A stretch of DNA of 63,826 nucleotides, the filler included, from Choristocarpus tenellus KU-1152 (Eukaryota; Protista; Phaeophyceae): NCBI GenBank assembly GCA_964200185.2. It is 9 parts of 9 records of this genome, joined end to end, with 100 filler letters (N's around TTAATTAATTAA, not from the genome) between each part and the next. Parts side by side here need not be neighbours in the genome. Positions count along the whole stretch, not along the records: positions 1 to 8,705 come from CAXNAD020004429.1; positions 8,806 to 14,499 come from CAXNAD020009986.1; 7 more parts are not named here. One strand, 5' to 3'. Both the position numbers and the translations under genes were made by a program. Below are positions 1 to 11,933 of this stretch, in pieces (the first letter of the stretch is position 1; each line of letters begins with the position of its first letter). The notes below the pieces were generated by a model that worked only from the letters and a program-made list of their open reading frames with translations, made no database searches and had not been told where the DNA came from.

Positions 1-589
1 CCCCCCCCCCCCCCCCTCCAAGATACTTTTAGCCACAATGCAGTTACACTGTGCCGTACATATCCTTCCTAGTCACCCTGTTCGAGTATTGAGTATTGTC
101 CCTTCGTTCTGTGGAAGACTTTTTTTTTCCTTTTCCTCTTCACCTAGTGCCGTTTTTAATTCGCTGGAAACGTCCTTGAACCCCACCTGCCTCTTGACTG
201 TACGAAATAGTCAGGGTCGTTCTAGTCTTCACATATATACAATGTCAGATATCTCCAGGAAAATTGTAGAGGTGGTAGAGCATTTGTTTGCAAGTGTCTT
301 AAGTGATACCTTCTCCCCCCCTTCCCACCCTCTACAGCCAGTGCCCATGGTAGATACGGGATTTTCAAAAAGCCCACAAAAATGACAATATTCCTTTCGG
401 CTTGGCATATGTTTTGGTCCTTTCCACCTCACTGCCCCATCCCATACAGAAAATGAAAGTACCCTTCCTCTCTCTCCAGTGCTCCCCCTTCCATATGGAC
501 CAACCCTCTGCTCATCGTTCCCACCACTCCCCCCGAAAGGTCAACACTGATGCTGTTGCTACTATTACTATTGCCAACCTATCCCCACA

Positions 590-2975
590 GGCAACACTTC
601 ACCTTCGTGAATCTGGTGCTTTGACAAGCATTGCAGACGAGTTCCTCTCAGAGACGTCATGCCCAGACCAAAACCAGGTGGATGGATTCTCACCAAATAT
701 GTCAATAAAAGACGTTGCAGGTGTGTTTCTTGTGTTAGGAGCATTCTTCATAGTGACACTGATCAGTTGGTGTTTTCGAAGGTCACCTGTGGCAAAGGAG
801 GCTAGGCGGCGGCTCTCTGATAAGAGCTACTCAATGAGTGTTACATTCCCTGGCAGCAACAGGAGCTCCAGCAGTTTTGATAAGAAGGTATGGAGATCCT
901 GTTCAAATTTTGTAGTTGTGCTAGGGCGGGATGGTGTGTTGTGTGGGTATAAAGGAGGGGAAAGGGAGGTGATAATAGGTAGTAAATAGCTTTGATATTG
1001 TAGTGTGGGTGATGAGTATGAAGAGCTGGGAGAAGGGTTATGTAGTAGAGCTGATGCATCTCGATGTGTAGTATGGAAAGGCTCGCAGTGTAATCCGTGA
1101 GATGCGGGTACGATATGTCCACAGGTGAACGACATTAGTGTGAATGTTTAATTGTTGATTGGGAACGATGGCCCAGGATCAACCTCTGATAGGATCAACG
1201 TGTTTGGTGAGGGGACTCTCACAAGAACAGGTACAGACTAGAAATAAGGAATTGATGAGTTTTTGTACTGCAGAGATACATATATCGAAAGGTGAAAAGA
1301 AGTTGTTGTGGTTGGATGGGATATCTGACTTGTGGTGTGTGTTTGTTCCTGTTCTCACCACGTTGTCATAGTTGTGCTGTTATTGACTGCTTCAGACTTC
1401 CTTGGGCGCACTAGTAGTGAATTGAAAAGATGAAATGGGTTCTACCTAACAGTGCCTTCAAGATGCGATTTCCCCCAAACGCCTCTACTGTTTTATGTTG
1501 CTGTACTGTAACTCCTTTTGCCACTGTGTTGTGTCCCTCTACTAAACATTATTGAGGCATTTCAAAAGGTTGTTCCAGAGGATGAGGATGAGGTCATCAA
1601 GTCATACGAGAAGATGTCTCGGAGACAACAAAAGACGTTTGTGTTTGATAGCTTGTTCCGCTTGTTGGCTGCTGATTCTCAGGTGACTCTCTAGCCATGG
1701 CCCCCCCTGTGCCCCTAGGGAAGAAAACCCAACCTCTGTGCTATATCACCTTTGATAGGGTGGGATCCTATCGCTATGACATTTTTTGCTCGGGTTGTTT
1801 TGGATTTCAATTTTCTTGATTACTCTTTGGAACTGACTGGTCACCAAATTTTCCAAGAGCTGGCTCTGCATCTTTGCCTGTTTTGTGCAACTTGCCAAGA
1901 TGGTGTATCTATTATTCCTGGTAGGTTATAGTATCGCCGGACAGCAGCTCTCATTTTTTCAAGTGATGCAAGCCCTGTTTCCGAATTCTTGCTGTGTTCT
2001 AGGACTCAGCCTTTTCTCTTTTTGGTGTCAACGTAAGGCACTCAATCCCAAGCATAGTAATCCCTCCTCCTCTGTTATCTCCCGGTTGCAAGATGCGGTA
2101 TGGCAAAGTGGCTTGCGTTGATGTTCAATGGAGTCACAGGGTACAATTATGCATTAACACAATGATTTGAATCATGCATATGAACATATCTGGTTTTAAA
2201 ATCCTCTCCCCTTCTCCTCTTGCCAATTCCATTCCATGTACCTTTCCAGAGGAGGCTCGATTTAATTCCTTCGAATTATTCGGAAGGGGAAGCTATAGGT
2301 GGAAAGGGTGTGGCAGAGGGGGATGGCCTCGAAGAAGGCAGACCTATTGTCAAGCTGTCAGAGAATGAGTCGCCTGAACTGGTTAGAACAATGTTGCAAA
2401 AGGAGGGCATCCGTCACAGAGTCGGGCGGGTATCAAGCAAGGGCACAGTGGTACCGCCCAGGTCAAGGATGCAGTGGCAGGTAGAGACTTTGCCTTCAGG
2501 GAATGAAACTGGAACTGGTCGTGGTGTTACTGATGGGATGGAAAGACTCTGGGATGGGAGTGGTGTTGTAGGTGGCCGCATTGGGGATAATGGGACAGAA
2601 GCAAGTTTGGAGATTTCTGAGGAGAACAACCCGGGAGTTAGATGTGGTGAATGCAGGGGGAAGGATGTGGAGTTTCATGAGGCTCAAGGGCTGAGTTGCA
2701 CATGCCTGGGAAAGTCTTTTGAGGATAGACTCGGAGAGACAGATAGCATAGTAAGGAAAATGGAAGAAGGAAGGAATAGGCTTGAGGGCCCAAGTGATGC
2801 CTGTGTGTCTGTTGTGGGCTCAATTGTGTCTAATGGAGGTGGAGGGATGGGTTACAATGACGAGACTAAATCAAGCCAGCCAGGAACCGGCCAAGGTGTG
2901 GCCATGGATGAAGGTGGAAGGGAGATGCTTGAGGTAAAGCCTCTGGAGTGGAGTACAAACCCCATGCTACAGTAG
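590..2975 (+). CDS. Ionotropic glutamate receptor-like (GLR) channel, C-terminal exons (5' part absent from contig)
   Basis: Exon 590-887 (cag|gca...aag|gtatgg) encodes ATLHLRESGALTSIADEFLSETSC...MSIKDVAGVFLVLGAFFIVTLISWCFRR, matching the end of the iGluR S2 lobe, the conserved Cys and the M4 helix. Probable further exons are ~1176-1229, ~1560/1579-1682 (EDEDEVIKSYEK...ADSQ|gtgact) and a last exon ~2250-2975 (low-complexity tail). The middle exon boundaries are uncertain. Confidence 0.7.
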
Positions 2976-5900
2976 GCCCAGGCCCATGAGTTATCTTGTA
3001 TCGTTAACACTATGCTCAAATTGGTTTACTCTTTTTTCGTCTGTGGCATTGCTTGGGCTTAGACGATTGCCACATCTCCATCAAGGTTTGGATGGGGAAA
3101 AAAACTGGCAGGATCGAAGTGCTGCGCTGTTGGTGTGACTGCCCCAGTGCATATGGTGTACACAATGGCAATCTCATGAGTACATGGTTTAGGTGTTTTT
3201 TGAGAGAACTGTAAGGAGTGGAGCTGTGTAGGAGCAAGCCATGACCCTCTGCCTCCCTCCTTGTGTTGATTACACTTTTTTTTGTGAACTTGCTTGCAAA
3301 TTGTTGAGCATTCTTTAATCTTTATTGTGTGCCTCCCTGATGTGCACATTTCCTTCTGGTGTTTCGCTTTTAGCTCAAAGAAATGCATGATGTTTTGTGG
3401 GGACTTTATGACCCGTGTTCTGATCTCTTTCCATGTAGGAGTATGAAAGTACGTATTTCACAGATGTCCAGCACTTTTGACAATCGTGCCTTTATGATCT
3501 CTATGCTATTTACTACTGTTTTTTTATGCCCTTTTGTTTTCAGTATGCGTAGGTCTCATGCAGGGGGTGCTCAGCTGTTGGTTTGCTGGCTGGATGAGAT
3601 CGTATTTTTCCAGTTGTTTTGTGGAGAAGGTGGTTTTGTTCTCACTTGTGCCACACAGAGCCTTTAAAAGGTGTTGTCACCTCAACTGCCCAACAGGCAA
3701 ATGCAGCCAGCATACTGTGCCGAATTTTATGTTAAGCGTTTTTTGCAGATTGACATGGGTGGACTACCTCTACATGGTAGAGGATACTCTTATTGAGTAG
3801 AGAAATGGAACACATGCATAAATTGGTTGGTTTGGTATCAAGGAGATGCTGAGTTTTCTATCTTGTTTAGTAGTCAGTGTTTGAGCAAATTTAGAGTATG
3901 TTTAGACCAATATTTTGGCCGTATCATTTGGAGGAAGTAAGTCACCAACCTGTCCTTCTGTTAAGGACGCTGGTTCATCGGTTGCTTTTTCGTAATAGTG
4001 GCCTTTTTATGTGTATCTGGCAAGTTGATGTCAATTCTTCTATTGGCTGCCTAGACTTGTGTGCTTTCATGGCTTTTATAACAGCTTGTTAAAGATATGT
4101 ATTGGTTGTGGCGGTAGTGTTTTGCTTGTTTTTTGGTTGACCGTGAACATTTGCTGGGTTTTTGTAGATTGTTGTGATTCCTCAATTTAGGAAGAAATGT
4201 GGGGGAAACAGATGGATGAACAGTATTCTCCCACCCAGTGTCTTGATGTTACGTGGTATGTAGCATTTCAGTTACTGTGAAGCGTTCATTGTGCTGTAAA
4301 TATGGGGAACCTGATCGAGGTTGAGATGTTTTTTTAATGATCTACAATATGTTATTTGGAATAATGCGCATGATGCGAGAGTAACAGAGACTATTTCAAC
4401 GCATAACATTTCATTTTTTTTTCTTGGGGATTTCATTCTCTTTATGTGCTAAAATAAAATCGGCACCTTGTGTTGCCACTGGAATTTCTTTCTGATGAGG
4501 AGTTGGTCCGAAGAAGGAAGGTTACCACTTCAATATGAGACAGATTTGATCATTTTATTGTGGTAGGTCGTATCAAAGCATTGTAAACTGAAGAAAATGT
4601 AATGCTTGGTACTACAATTAGGCAGCATACTGTAGTCGTGTTTTCTGTTTGTCGAAAGACTGTTGTATTGGTTGTCACATATATACACTTACATGTTGTC
4701 CATGGTGTTTTAGTTGTGATGCGTCATTCTGGCTTGTGCGTGGCATGTCCCCTGATGGATTCATCGTCCATCATTCGTCCATGTTGGACGCCTCTTTTTG
4801 CACAGTGACGCCGTATTGTTATTGGCAGAGGTAAGAAGCCACTCACCTGACGGTCCTGTGATCTTTGAAGGGCACAATGCGGAAGGGAGTGTTTGCTGCG
4901 GTTGTTTGCATCTGTACGAAAATTCAAAACACTTACACGGCCTTCATTCAAGCTTGGCCAGGAGTGGTAGGTACGGCACAGTGGCTATGACCTCTTAAAT
5001 CAGCTAGGGGGATGTCCTGTCCATGGTAGGATGTCAAGTAATGGGTGGTATGGATCTTTAAAAGGGAGAACACAGGAAATAATTAGAAGGAGAGGGATGC
5101 AGTTCTTTGTTTAATTCCTGATATGGTTCCTTGATGCACTCACATCATTAGTGCGCACAGAGATATGCATTATCCTTCATGCGTAATACAGGGTTGAGAG
5201 GTCTGGTTCCTCGCCTCTGACCCTGGAAGTGACCTCACGTAAGGTTGTGCAAATCTCGCATTTCATTTATGAACCTCTCCTCTGAAGAACACTGGTGGTG
5301 TCAAATGTTGTGGAAATGAGAGCCTGGTGTCCATTTGTTTCTGCTGATCACAGTGCATTGTAGACATTTTAAATGGAGGGTAAGGAGCCCACAAGACATC
5401 TCGTCCTATGCTAGAAGCCAGACGTATGGTGGAGTCAGATGTCGTGAATGATGCTGGGAAAAGAATCGGGTAGTATTTGTAGTACAGGTATGTCAATAGG
5501 ACAGAATGAAAACTATGCTGACAGTAAGGAAGATACAGAAGAAGACTTTGCTTACATTGCTACCTTCTCACACATGCCATATAAATATTTCTCGTCTGCG
5601 ATGCTGAAGCTAACAAATATCATAACATGCACCCGGCGTGGCCCAATGTGACATGTGTCTTGATGTACTCTCACGGCCTCCAGGAGCCATTATTGATACG
5701 CAACTAGCAGGTGGGGATATTTTTGTTGCGTGTGGCAGTTGCTCTCTCAAAACTCCATGTGAAAGATGACAAACACACTATACAGCAGCACCTGACACAT
5801 AGACACATGAATAGACTGAGGTCATGTTGTGATACTGAGAATTGAAGTCGTGTGACAACAGAAAGATACGCATGTGTGGCATACGAAGACTGCGTGGGAA

Positions 5901-6108
5901 TACCGTTCGCAGCAATTAGCCTGAGCGTTGGTACTTCATCACTGGGGGTGACGAGGAGAGAAAGTTACTTGTGAACGGAAGGGTTTGAAGAAAGGATTTG
6001 GAGTTTAGAAAGTTAAAGAGAAATGAGCGGCATAGTAAACAGGGGAGCTGGGAGAGTGGGACTGAAGGACTAGCGCCAAAGTATTGAAGGACTAGCAGGG
6101 CAGGTTGA

Positions 6109-6289
6109 GGCTCAAAGTATCTAGGGGGGTGTGGTGACTGTCCATTTGGCGCCCATTTTCCCATGTCGCGATTTTTGGGTGATTTGGTTGCATGTGTCGG
6201 ATGGATAATATAAGTGCACTTTCCCTAGTCAGGGCCCGAATGGATACCCTGGTGTAGACCCCCCCCCCCCCCCCCAGAGACTTTGAACC
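6109..6289. mobile_element. MITE subfamily 3 (G-tract type), complete copy
   Basis: Ends are GGCTCAAAGTATCTAGGGGGG and CCCCCAGAGACTTTGAACC, flanked by TGA/TGA. Its interior matches the reverse complement of 59994-60102. Confidence 0.7.
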
Positions 6290-6918
6290 TGAAGATTAGT
6301 TTTGAGCAATCTTTGTCAGAGGGGAGAGGGGGAGTATCCTTGAATAAAAGGAGGAGATGTGTGCTGAGAAGATGTTGTAACGATATTAGAAAGCTTCCAG
6401 AGCATTTCCAATGAAATTGACCGCGTAGGGCATATTGTCGGGAGATAAATGGTATGAACTGGTACCATCATGAAAGAAATAGTTCAGGACCGAGCATGAT
6501 GCTCAGGGGTGGTTAATAGGGATTGATACTGTGCAATTAACCTTGAAGGTATTGCTATTTGATCAGTAGTGCAGAAAGCAAGGTGTGGAGCCTCACACAA
6601 CCCCCTTTGCTGAACGTGAAAAGAATGGATGGATGAAGTTAGAAGAGTGACCCTGTGGTTTGCCTTCTATTGTTTGTCTCTTTAGTATTATTTGTGTCTC
6701 ATATGTAAGTCAACGACTATGTATGAGTAGTTTAATTGTAATACCAAACTCCATACATAATTCAGATGTACTATCTCATTAGTTACATCGCATGGACTCA
6801 ATCCAATGGCATAATCTCACACACAAAAAATAGGGTATAACATACAATTGTCTTATTTTGCACACTCCCCCATGAGAGCGCAGGCAACAAAAGGTTGCCG
6901 GAACTCCCAAACCGAAAA

Positions 6919-7170
6919 AAGTCAAAGTATCTTCGAGGGTAGAGCCGCGTCCGTTTAGGGACCAAACTCCATTGTTGCGATTCTAATGTAATTTTGACTA
7001 TCGTGTGTCAGGAAGTGTCAATATCCTTGTTCCAAACACACCTTATCATAACGTACACATTTTACCTACTCCGAAATCAGAGTAGGAAAATGTAGAAAAA
7101 ACCCCGTGGGAAGCCAAGCCCCAAACGGACAAACAGGGCAAAACTCGTACCCCCTAAGATACTTTCACTT
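6919..7170 (+). mobile_element. MITE subfamily 1 copy
   Basis: TIRs AAGTCAAAGTATCTTCGAGGGTA and TACCCCCTAAGATACTTTCACTT. Interior homologous to seven other near-full copies and one partial copy in this window. Confidence 0.9.
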
Positions 7171-7259
7171 AATATATATATATATATATCCATAGTCAGA
7201 ACGAAAATCATCTACAACCTTGTCAACACTGCCCGTCTGAGTGGTCCCGAATGCTTTCA

Positions 7260-8555
7260 GTTACATATTAACTTAATATGTAACTTATTCTGCACACTCC
7301 CCTATGAGAGTGGAAGTAAAAGAACACAGATTGCTTCAAATTTCGCACACTACATTCATTTTATCGACACAGTCTACGAAGTCTCCTATCTGCTTCTTCA
7401 GATGTACCAACACAGTGATGTACAATCGTGTCCCATGACTATCCCTCACTTGGTGTATGGGTGAAGCTTTGAACGAGCTACCCTCTACTGTTTCTCTTGG
7501 TGGACGTAGCACTCTGTCTTTAGGCCCTAAGCCTATCATAATTGAAGATATTGCCCCTCATATTCTCACATGGTCCTTCCAGTGCCGCCTGCGTGGTGAT
7601 GAAGCAGTATGATCTAGTTCTCTCACAGAGCTGTTGCTGTCACCAGCAATGTCCTGATTATATAATCTACAGGGCTGAACGTGTTGGAGTATTGCACACC
7701 CTCTCGTTGTTAAAACAAAGGCTACTCATTCGATTTGCTTTGATACGATACAGCAGCGTCAGTCCATACTGAACGTTGATTTGTCCATTGGAATGGTTGC
7801 TATTCCCAATTACATCATTAGCTTATTAGCTCATCATCACAGCTCACTCAGAAGATGTATGACAGTAGTTACGTTAGATATGGATCCAAGCTTGACTTCT
7901 TTTTTCTTCCTGTGTTGCTTCTTCTTTTTCACACAAGTTATCAGTTGCATAGCATGTGTTAATTCTTATTTTTTACTTCACTGACAGCCCCTCAATAAGA
8001 CATGCCAACAATTTGCAACACTTAGAAGACACACGCCAGGATGCAATATGAAACAGAGTTAAAACCATCCTTCGAAACCCTTCTTTGCCAGGGTGACAAC
8101 CCTCTTCACATAAAATGAATTTCTTCGTTTGAATGTCTCAATGAATGACCACACAATTTCTATCAATCACCGTCTGCTTGAGAAAAATATGCTACAGAGA
8201 TATCAGTACCCTTCTCAATTCAACCAAAGTCTGACTGGGTAAGACATCCCTTCAGACGCACCAGACAGAACCCGCAGGTGTCTTGTTGCACTATGACACA
8301 CACTTGCCTCTAACCATACTAATCACAGCACAGCCAAACATGCCTTCACATCGAACACTGTCTGACTGAATACAACATGTCATCGGACCTACCAGAATAA
8401 ATTTACCAGTGCTTTGTTGCGCTATGACCTCCTTCGTCACAAACCAGACACATCATAACAAAACACAACTCATACGAAATCAGGTTTCAACACTCGTCGA
8501 GTGAAGCCCTGTGCCACCAACCTGGCCTTGAACTGTTCAATGGTCTCATAGGCTG
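7260..8555 (-). mobile_element. Decayed Ty1/copia retrotransposon (RT remnants, PPT and start of 3' LTR)
   Basis: The minus strand reads ETIEQFKARLVAQGFTR (~8495-8550, copia RT motif KARLVAxG) and QDIAGDSNSSVRELDHTASSPRRRHWKDHVRI (~7560-7660, PDIAxAV...HW motif). Downstream lies the PPT-LTR junction ATAGGGGAG|TGTGCAGAATAAG (~7284-7304). A second similar junction is at ~6852-6873. Many stops and frameshifts. Confidence 0.7.
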
Positions 8556-8705
8556 TTGGCTTTATAGGGGGGGACGTATATGGGAAGGGGGGGACAGCTG
8601 TCCATTTGGGGTCCATTATATTAATAATAGGCTACTCATCTGTTTGTTCCTTGATACGATACAGTTCCACCAGTCAACAAGGACTGTTGATTGGTCTGTT
8701 ACGTT

Positions 8706-8805
8706 NNNNNNNNNNNNNNNNNNNNNNNNNNNNNNNNNNNNNNNNNNNNTTAATTAATTAANNNNNNNNNNNNNNNNNNNNNNNNNNNNNNNNNNNNNNN
8801 NNNNN
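8706..8805. other. Artificial contig linker (44N-TTAATTAATTAA-44N)
   Basis: The identical six-frame-stop linker recurs at 14500-14599, 23041-23140, 30719-30818, 41017-41116, 45252-45351, 52946-53045 and 59894-59993. Confidence 0.97.
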
Positions 8806-9521
8806 CCCCCCCCCCCACCCCTCTTCAAAGTACATTAAAAAAAGGTGCAACATTGTAGGAGTTTTTTTCACTTTAGTGTATATACTGGAGTATACACACC
8901 ATGGTTCAGAAATATGCTGTAGCAACCAACGAGGGATGTCATTTGCCACCACTATACTGCCAAATTATGTGCAAACAACCATGCCATCTTGTTACTACAA
9001 CCAGAGAACTAGAGCACTAAAAATAAGTGACCTGCTCACCTTGCACCCACTGCAACCTGAAGTATTTTTTACTTCATTTTAGTTGCTTTTTTTTTTTTTA
9101 ACAATGGTGTTGATGCAACATGACAACATACATCACCGATGCCTGTCTCTTCAGTTCTTAATCATTCTGTGCGATATTCAAGATGCGCTTTTCTCACCAT
9201 GTGGTCTACCTTCTACATCTTACTTTTCAAAAAGATTACTTTCTTCATCTTATATTTCATTCTTGTAAGGTCACTCCGTGCATCACCAGGGCTCTCGTGA
9301 TGACTTTAACCCTAACCACTCCTGAATGGCATCATCGGGGACAAAGACTCACATACAACAACACAAACCAAATATCATTCTTAGAGGAAGGGTGTAAACA
9401 ATGAAGCAGTGGAGAAAAATCTACTCCCCATCATAGAAGCTGTATTGTAGACCTAAGATAACCAAAATGGGCATGGTACAGTCAAGTACAGAGTATGGTA
9501 CACTGAAGAGTAGTGTGGTAG

Positions 9522-9810
9522 TGCGGTATAGGCAAGCATAATGTGGTATAGGCAAGCATAATGTGGTATAGGCAAGCGTAATGTGGTAGAAGCAAGCATA
9601 ATGTGGTATAGGCAAGCATAATGTGGTAGAAGCAAGCATAATGTGGTATAGGCAAGCATAATGTGGTACAGGCAAACATAATGCGGTAGAAGCAAGCATA
9701 ATGTGGTATAGGCAAGCATAATGTGGTACAGGCAAGCATAATGCGGTAGAAGCAAGCATAATGTGGTATAGGCAAGCATAATGTGGTACAGGCAAACATA
9801 ATGTGGTAGA
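9522..9810. repeat. 20-bp minisatellite (~14 units) with a 60-bp higher-order period
   Basis: Unit TAGGCAAGCATAATGTGGTA. Variants starting GAAG/TAGG/CAGG cycle three times from ~9629. Confidence 0.95.
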
Positions 9811-10389
9811 GTAAGCAGAAGTGCATATTGAACTGTGCCAGCAACAGTACCAGGGATGGATTGTTGGTATCTGCAGAGGTGATGCGGCATGGATTGTGAA
9901 AAGTACTATGCACATAACTGTGTAACATTGCATGTAGAAAAAATCCAATCTGGACAGACAAACCTCTCACCTTTATTATCTCCATTCTTGTCTGAATTGC
10001 TGCGTTGTTGCTGCCAGGTGTGGGCATATCACCCATCCCCTCCACTACCGACAGTTGGGGTCCTTGTGCTCCTGTTATACCCCTCTTCTTTCCTATTTTA
10101 TGTGAACCTCCCTCTATCCTCCCCTGCCCTTGCTCCTGCCCCACCTCCAAGCTTGGCACATCCACCAATTCTCTCAGTCTTTCTTCCTTGGCTCCGTTTT
10201 CCTCCCAAGGGTAGTCAGATTTTTTCTCTTCCGGATACGGTGGCACGGAGTTGTCGAGTAAAAAACCAGACAGGTCCAGCCCCCGACCTTGCCTGCCCCC
10301 CTGATCTTGCTCCTGCCTCTGGTTATGCTCCTGACTCTGAATTCGACTTATCTCTAGCGCCATTGATAGTCCGTGGCCTTCCAGATGCG

Positions 10390-11420
10390 GCTGGTTGTCC
10401 CAATCTCCGAGAGTTGTATCGGACGATTGATCTAGCCCAGTTGAGGTTGGCGAGTGCGATATTACGAGACCATTGCCTTGGCTATGTGCTAAAGGCTGGT
10501 TGGCGCGAATATGTGGAGCACTTATGCCACCTTGTCTCCAATATGATGAATGCTGCAGTAGACCTGAAATGGTGTCTTGATGTATTTGTTGCCTTGGCGG
10601 CTCAACTGTTGCGGTACTTTGGTCCCTCACATTCTGGGAGTGAGAGGCTGGGAAAGAGGGAAGGAAAATATTAATTTTCTCTCATTCTGGAAAACCACTC
10701 ACATCAGATTGAGTGCGTTGCAATGTCATTCAAAATCGAATACTAGGTATTGACAAGTCTAGATTAGTTCGAGTATGCAAGCGTGGTGAGGGGTAGCAAA
10801 GGGGGAAAGCCTCGAGGGCAAGGATTATATTTGAATAAGAGATAGAATATAGATTGTCGGGGCAATATTTAAACCTTTTTCTTGAGCGAACTCTTTCAAA
10901 TACACTCCGAAGCCTCAAGCACCATACCACGGGTAGTTTCCGTTTGAATGACAAGCGGTACTTCAAGGATCAGAGGATCTATGACGATAAGAAGATCTTA
11001 TTATCGAGTTGCAATGCCCTTCCTTGTTCACAGCCCTTTTCCAACCCCTTCACCAAACCAGCCACTGTCCAATATACATCCCTCTCACCCACTGCAAGGA
11101 GTGTCGCATCTTCTTGGTATAGAGGGTGAACCTTTACAGCTCCAGTCTGACTTCCGGTATCACCTTCGGCACCTTCCATGACCTCAATTGGAGGCCCTAA
11201 GGGCCACACACCTGTGCGAGGTGAAACAAACCTCTCTCCCGTATCAAAGTCTCTCCACTTTCCAAAATCTTCAAGCACCTGAGTGTGTTCAAGAGAGTTT
11301 GTTGCTAGTCAGTGTAGGAGTTTGAATTTTGTTGTCATTTCTCACGAGCGCGCGGTGGTTGAGGGGGAGGAGATATCACTAGTTCATAGACACCTTGCAA
11401 TAACAATAAATCAGAAATAC
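10390..11420 (+). pseudogene. Decayed ORF resembling the N-terminal half of a Fanzor1 (eukaryotic TnpB) protein
   Basis: Intronless, frameshifted segments HCLGYVLKAGWREYVEHLCHLVSNMMNAAVDL, LSGQYLNLFLERTLSNTLRSLKHHTTGSFRLNDKRYF and RYH*FIDTL recall the order of Fanzor1 N-terminal motifs. No RuvC domain is visible. Assignment rests on motif recall only. Confidence 0.3.
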
Positions 11421-11933
11421 TGAGGTTGGACGAGAAGGCTATCAGAGGTCAACAAAGTTCTTCTCTCGATATAGGCCTCCTTCCCGGGCAATCGTGGTAT
11501 ATCTCGGGTTCTAGGTGCGGTCGGCGGCCTCCTTCATCTATGAACATCCTAATAATCACGAAAATCCTCTCGTTTTTTTGAACTGTCTTGTACCCATTGC
11601 GCTCCTACTTCACATAGGATGCAGAAAGAAAGGGAACCTCGTTGCTGAGGTTTAAATTTCATAGTAAAGCGATCGAGAGTCACAATCTTGGTCTAGGTGA
11701 ATTAACCTCCAACACACTTTTTCGAGCTCTTAGGTCCTGTGGTAAACCAACAAATGACGAAAATATAACCAATGTAGTAGTACTTCACATGTTAACAGTA
11801 CATACAATGATGTATCACAAGGCCAATACAATATTCAGCCATCGACGACTCTTCATCGACTCTCGATGGTTCCTCTCCTTTTAAAATCCTTCGCGCCTTG
11901 CTGTGACCAGACTATTGTTTGCCCTCAGGAGAT

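Noticed and set aside
5200-5915. Possible copia gag/protease relic
   Set aside because: Only vague motif resemblance; too decayed to support a call.
8750-8761. Recurring palindrome TTAATTAATTAA between N runs
   Set aside because: Artificial six-frame-stop linker with identical 44N padding eight times; not biological.
9421-10630. Long minus-strand ORFs (382, 175 and 145 aa) with repeats
   Set aside because: All three frames are open because the 20-bp minisatellite lacks stops; the remainder is antisense to a pyrimidine-rich plus-strand ORF.
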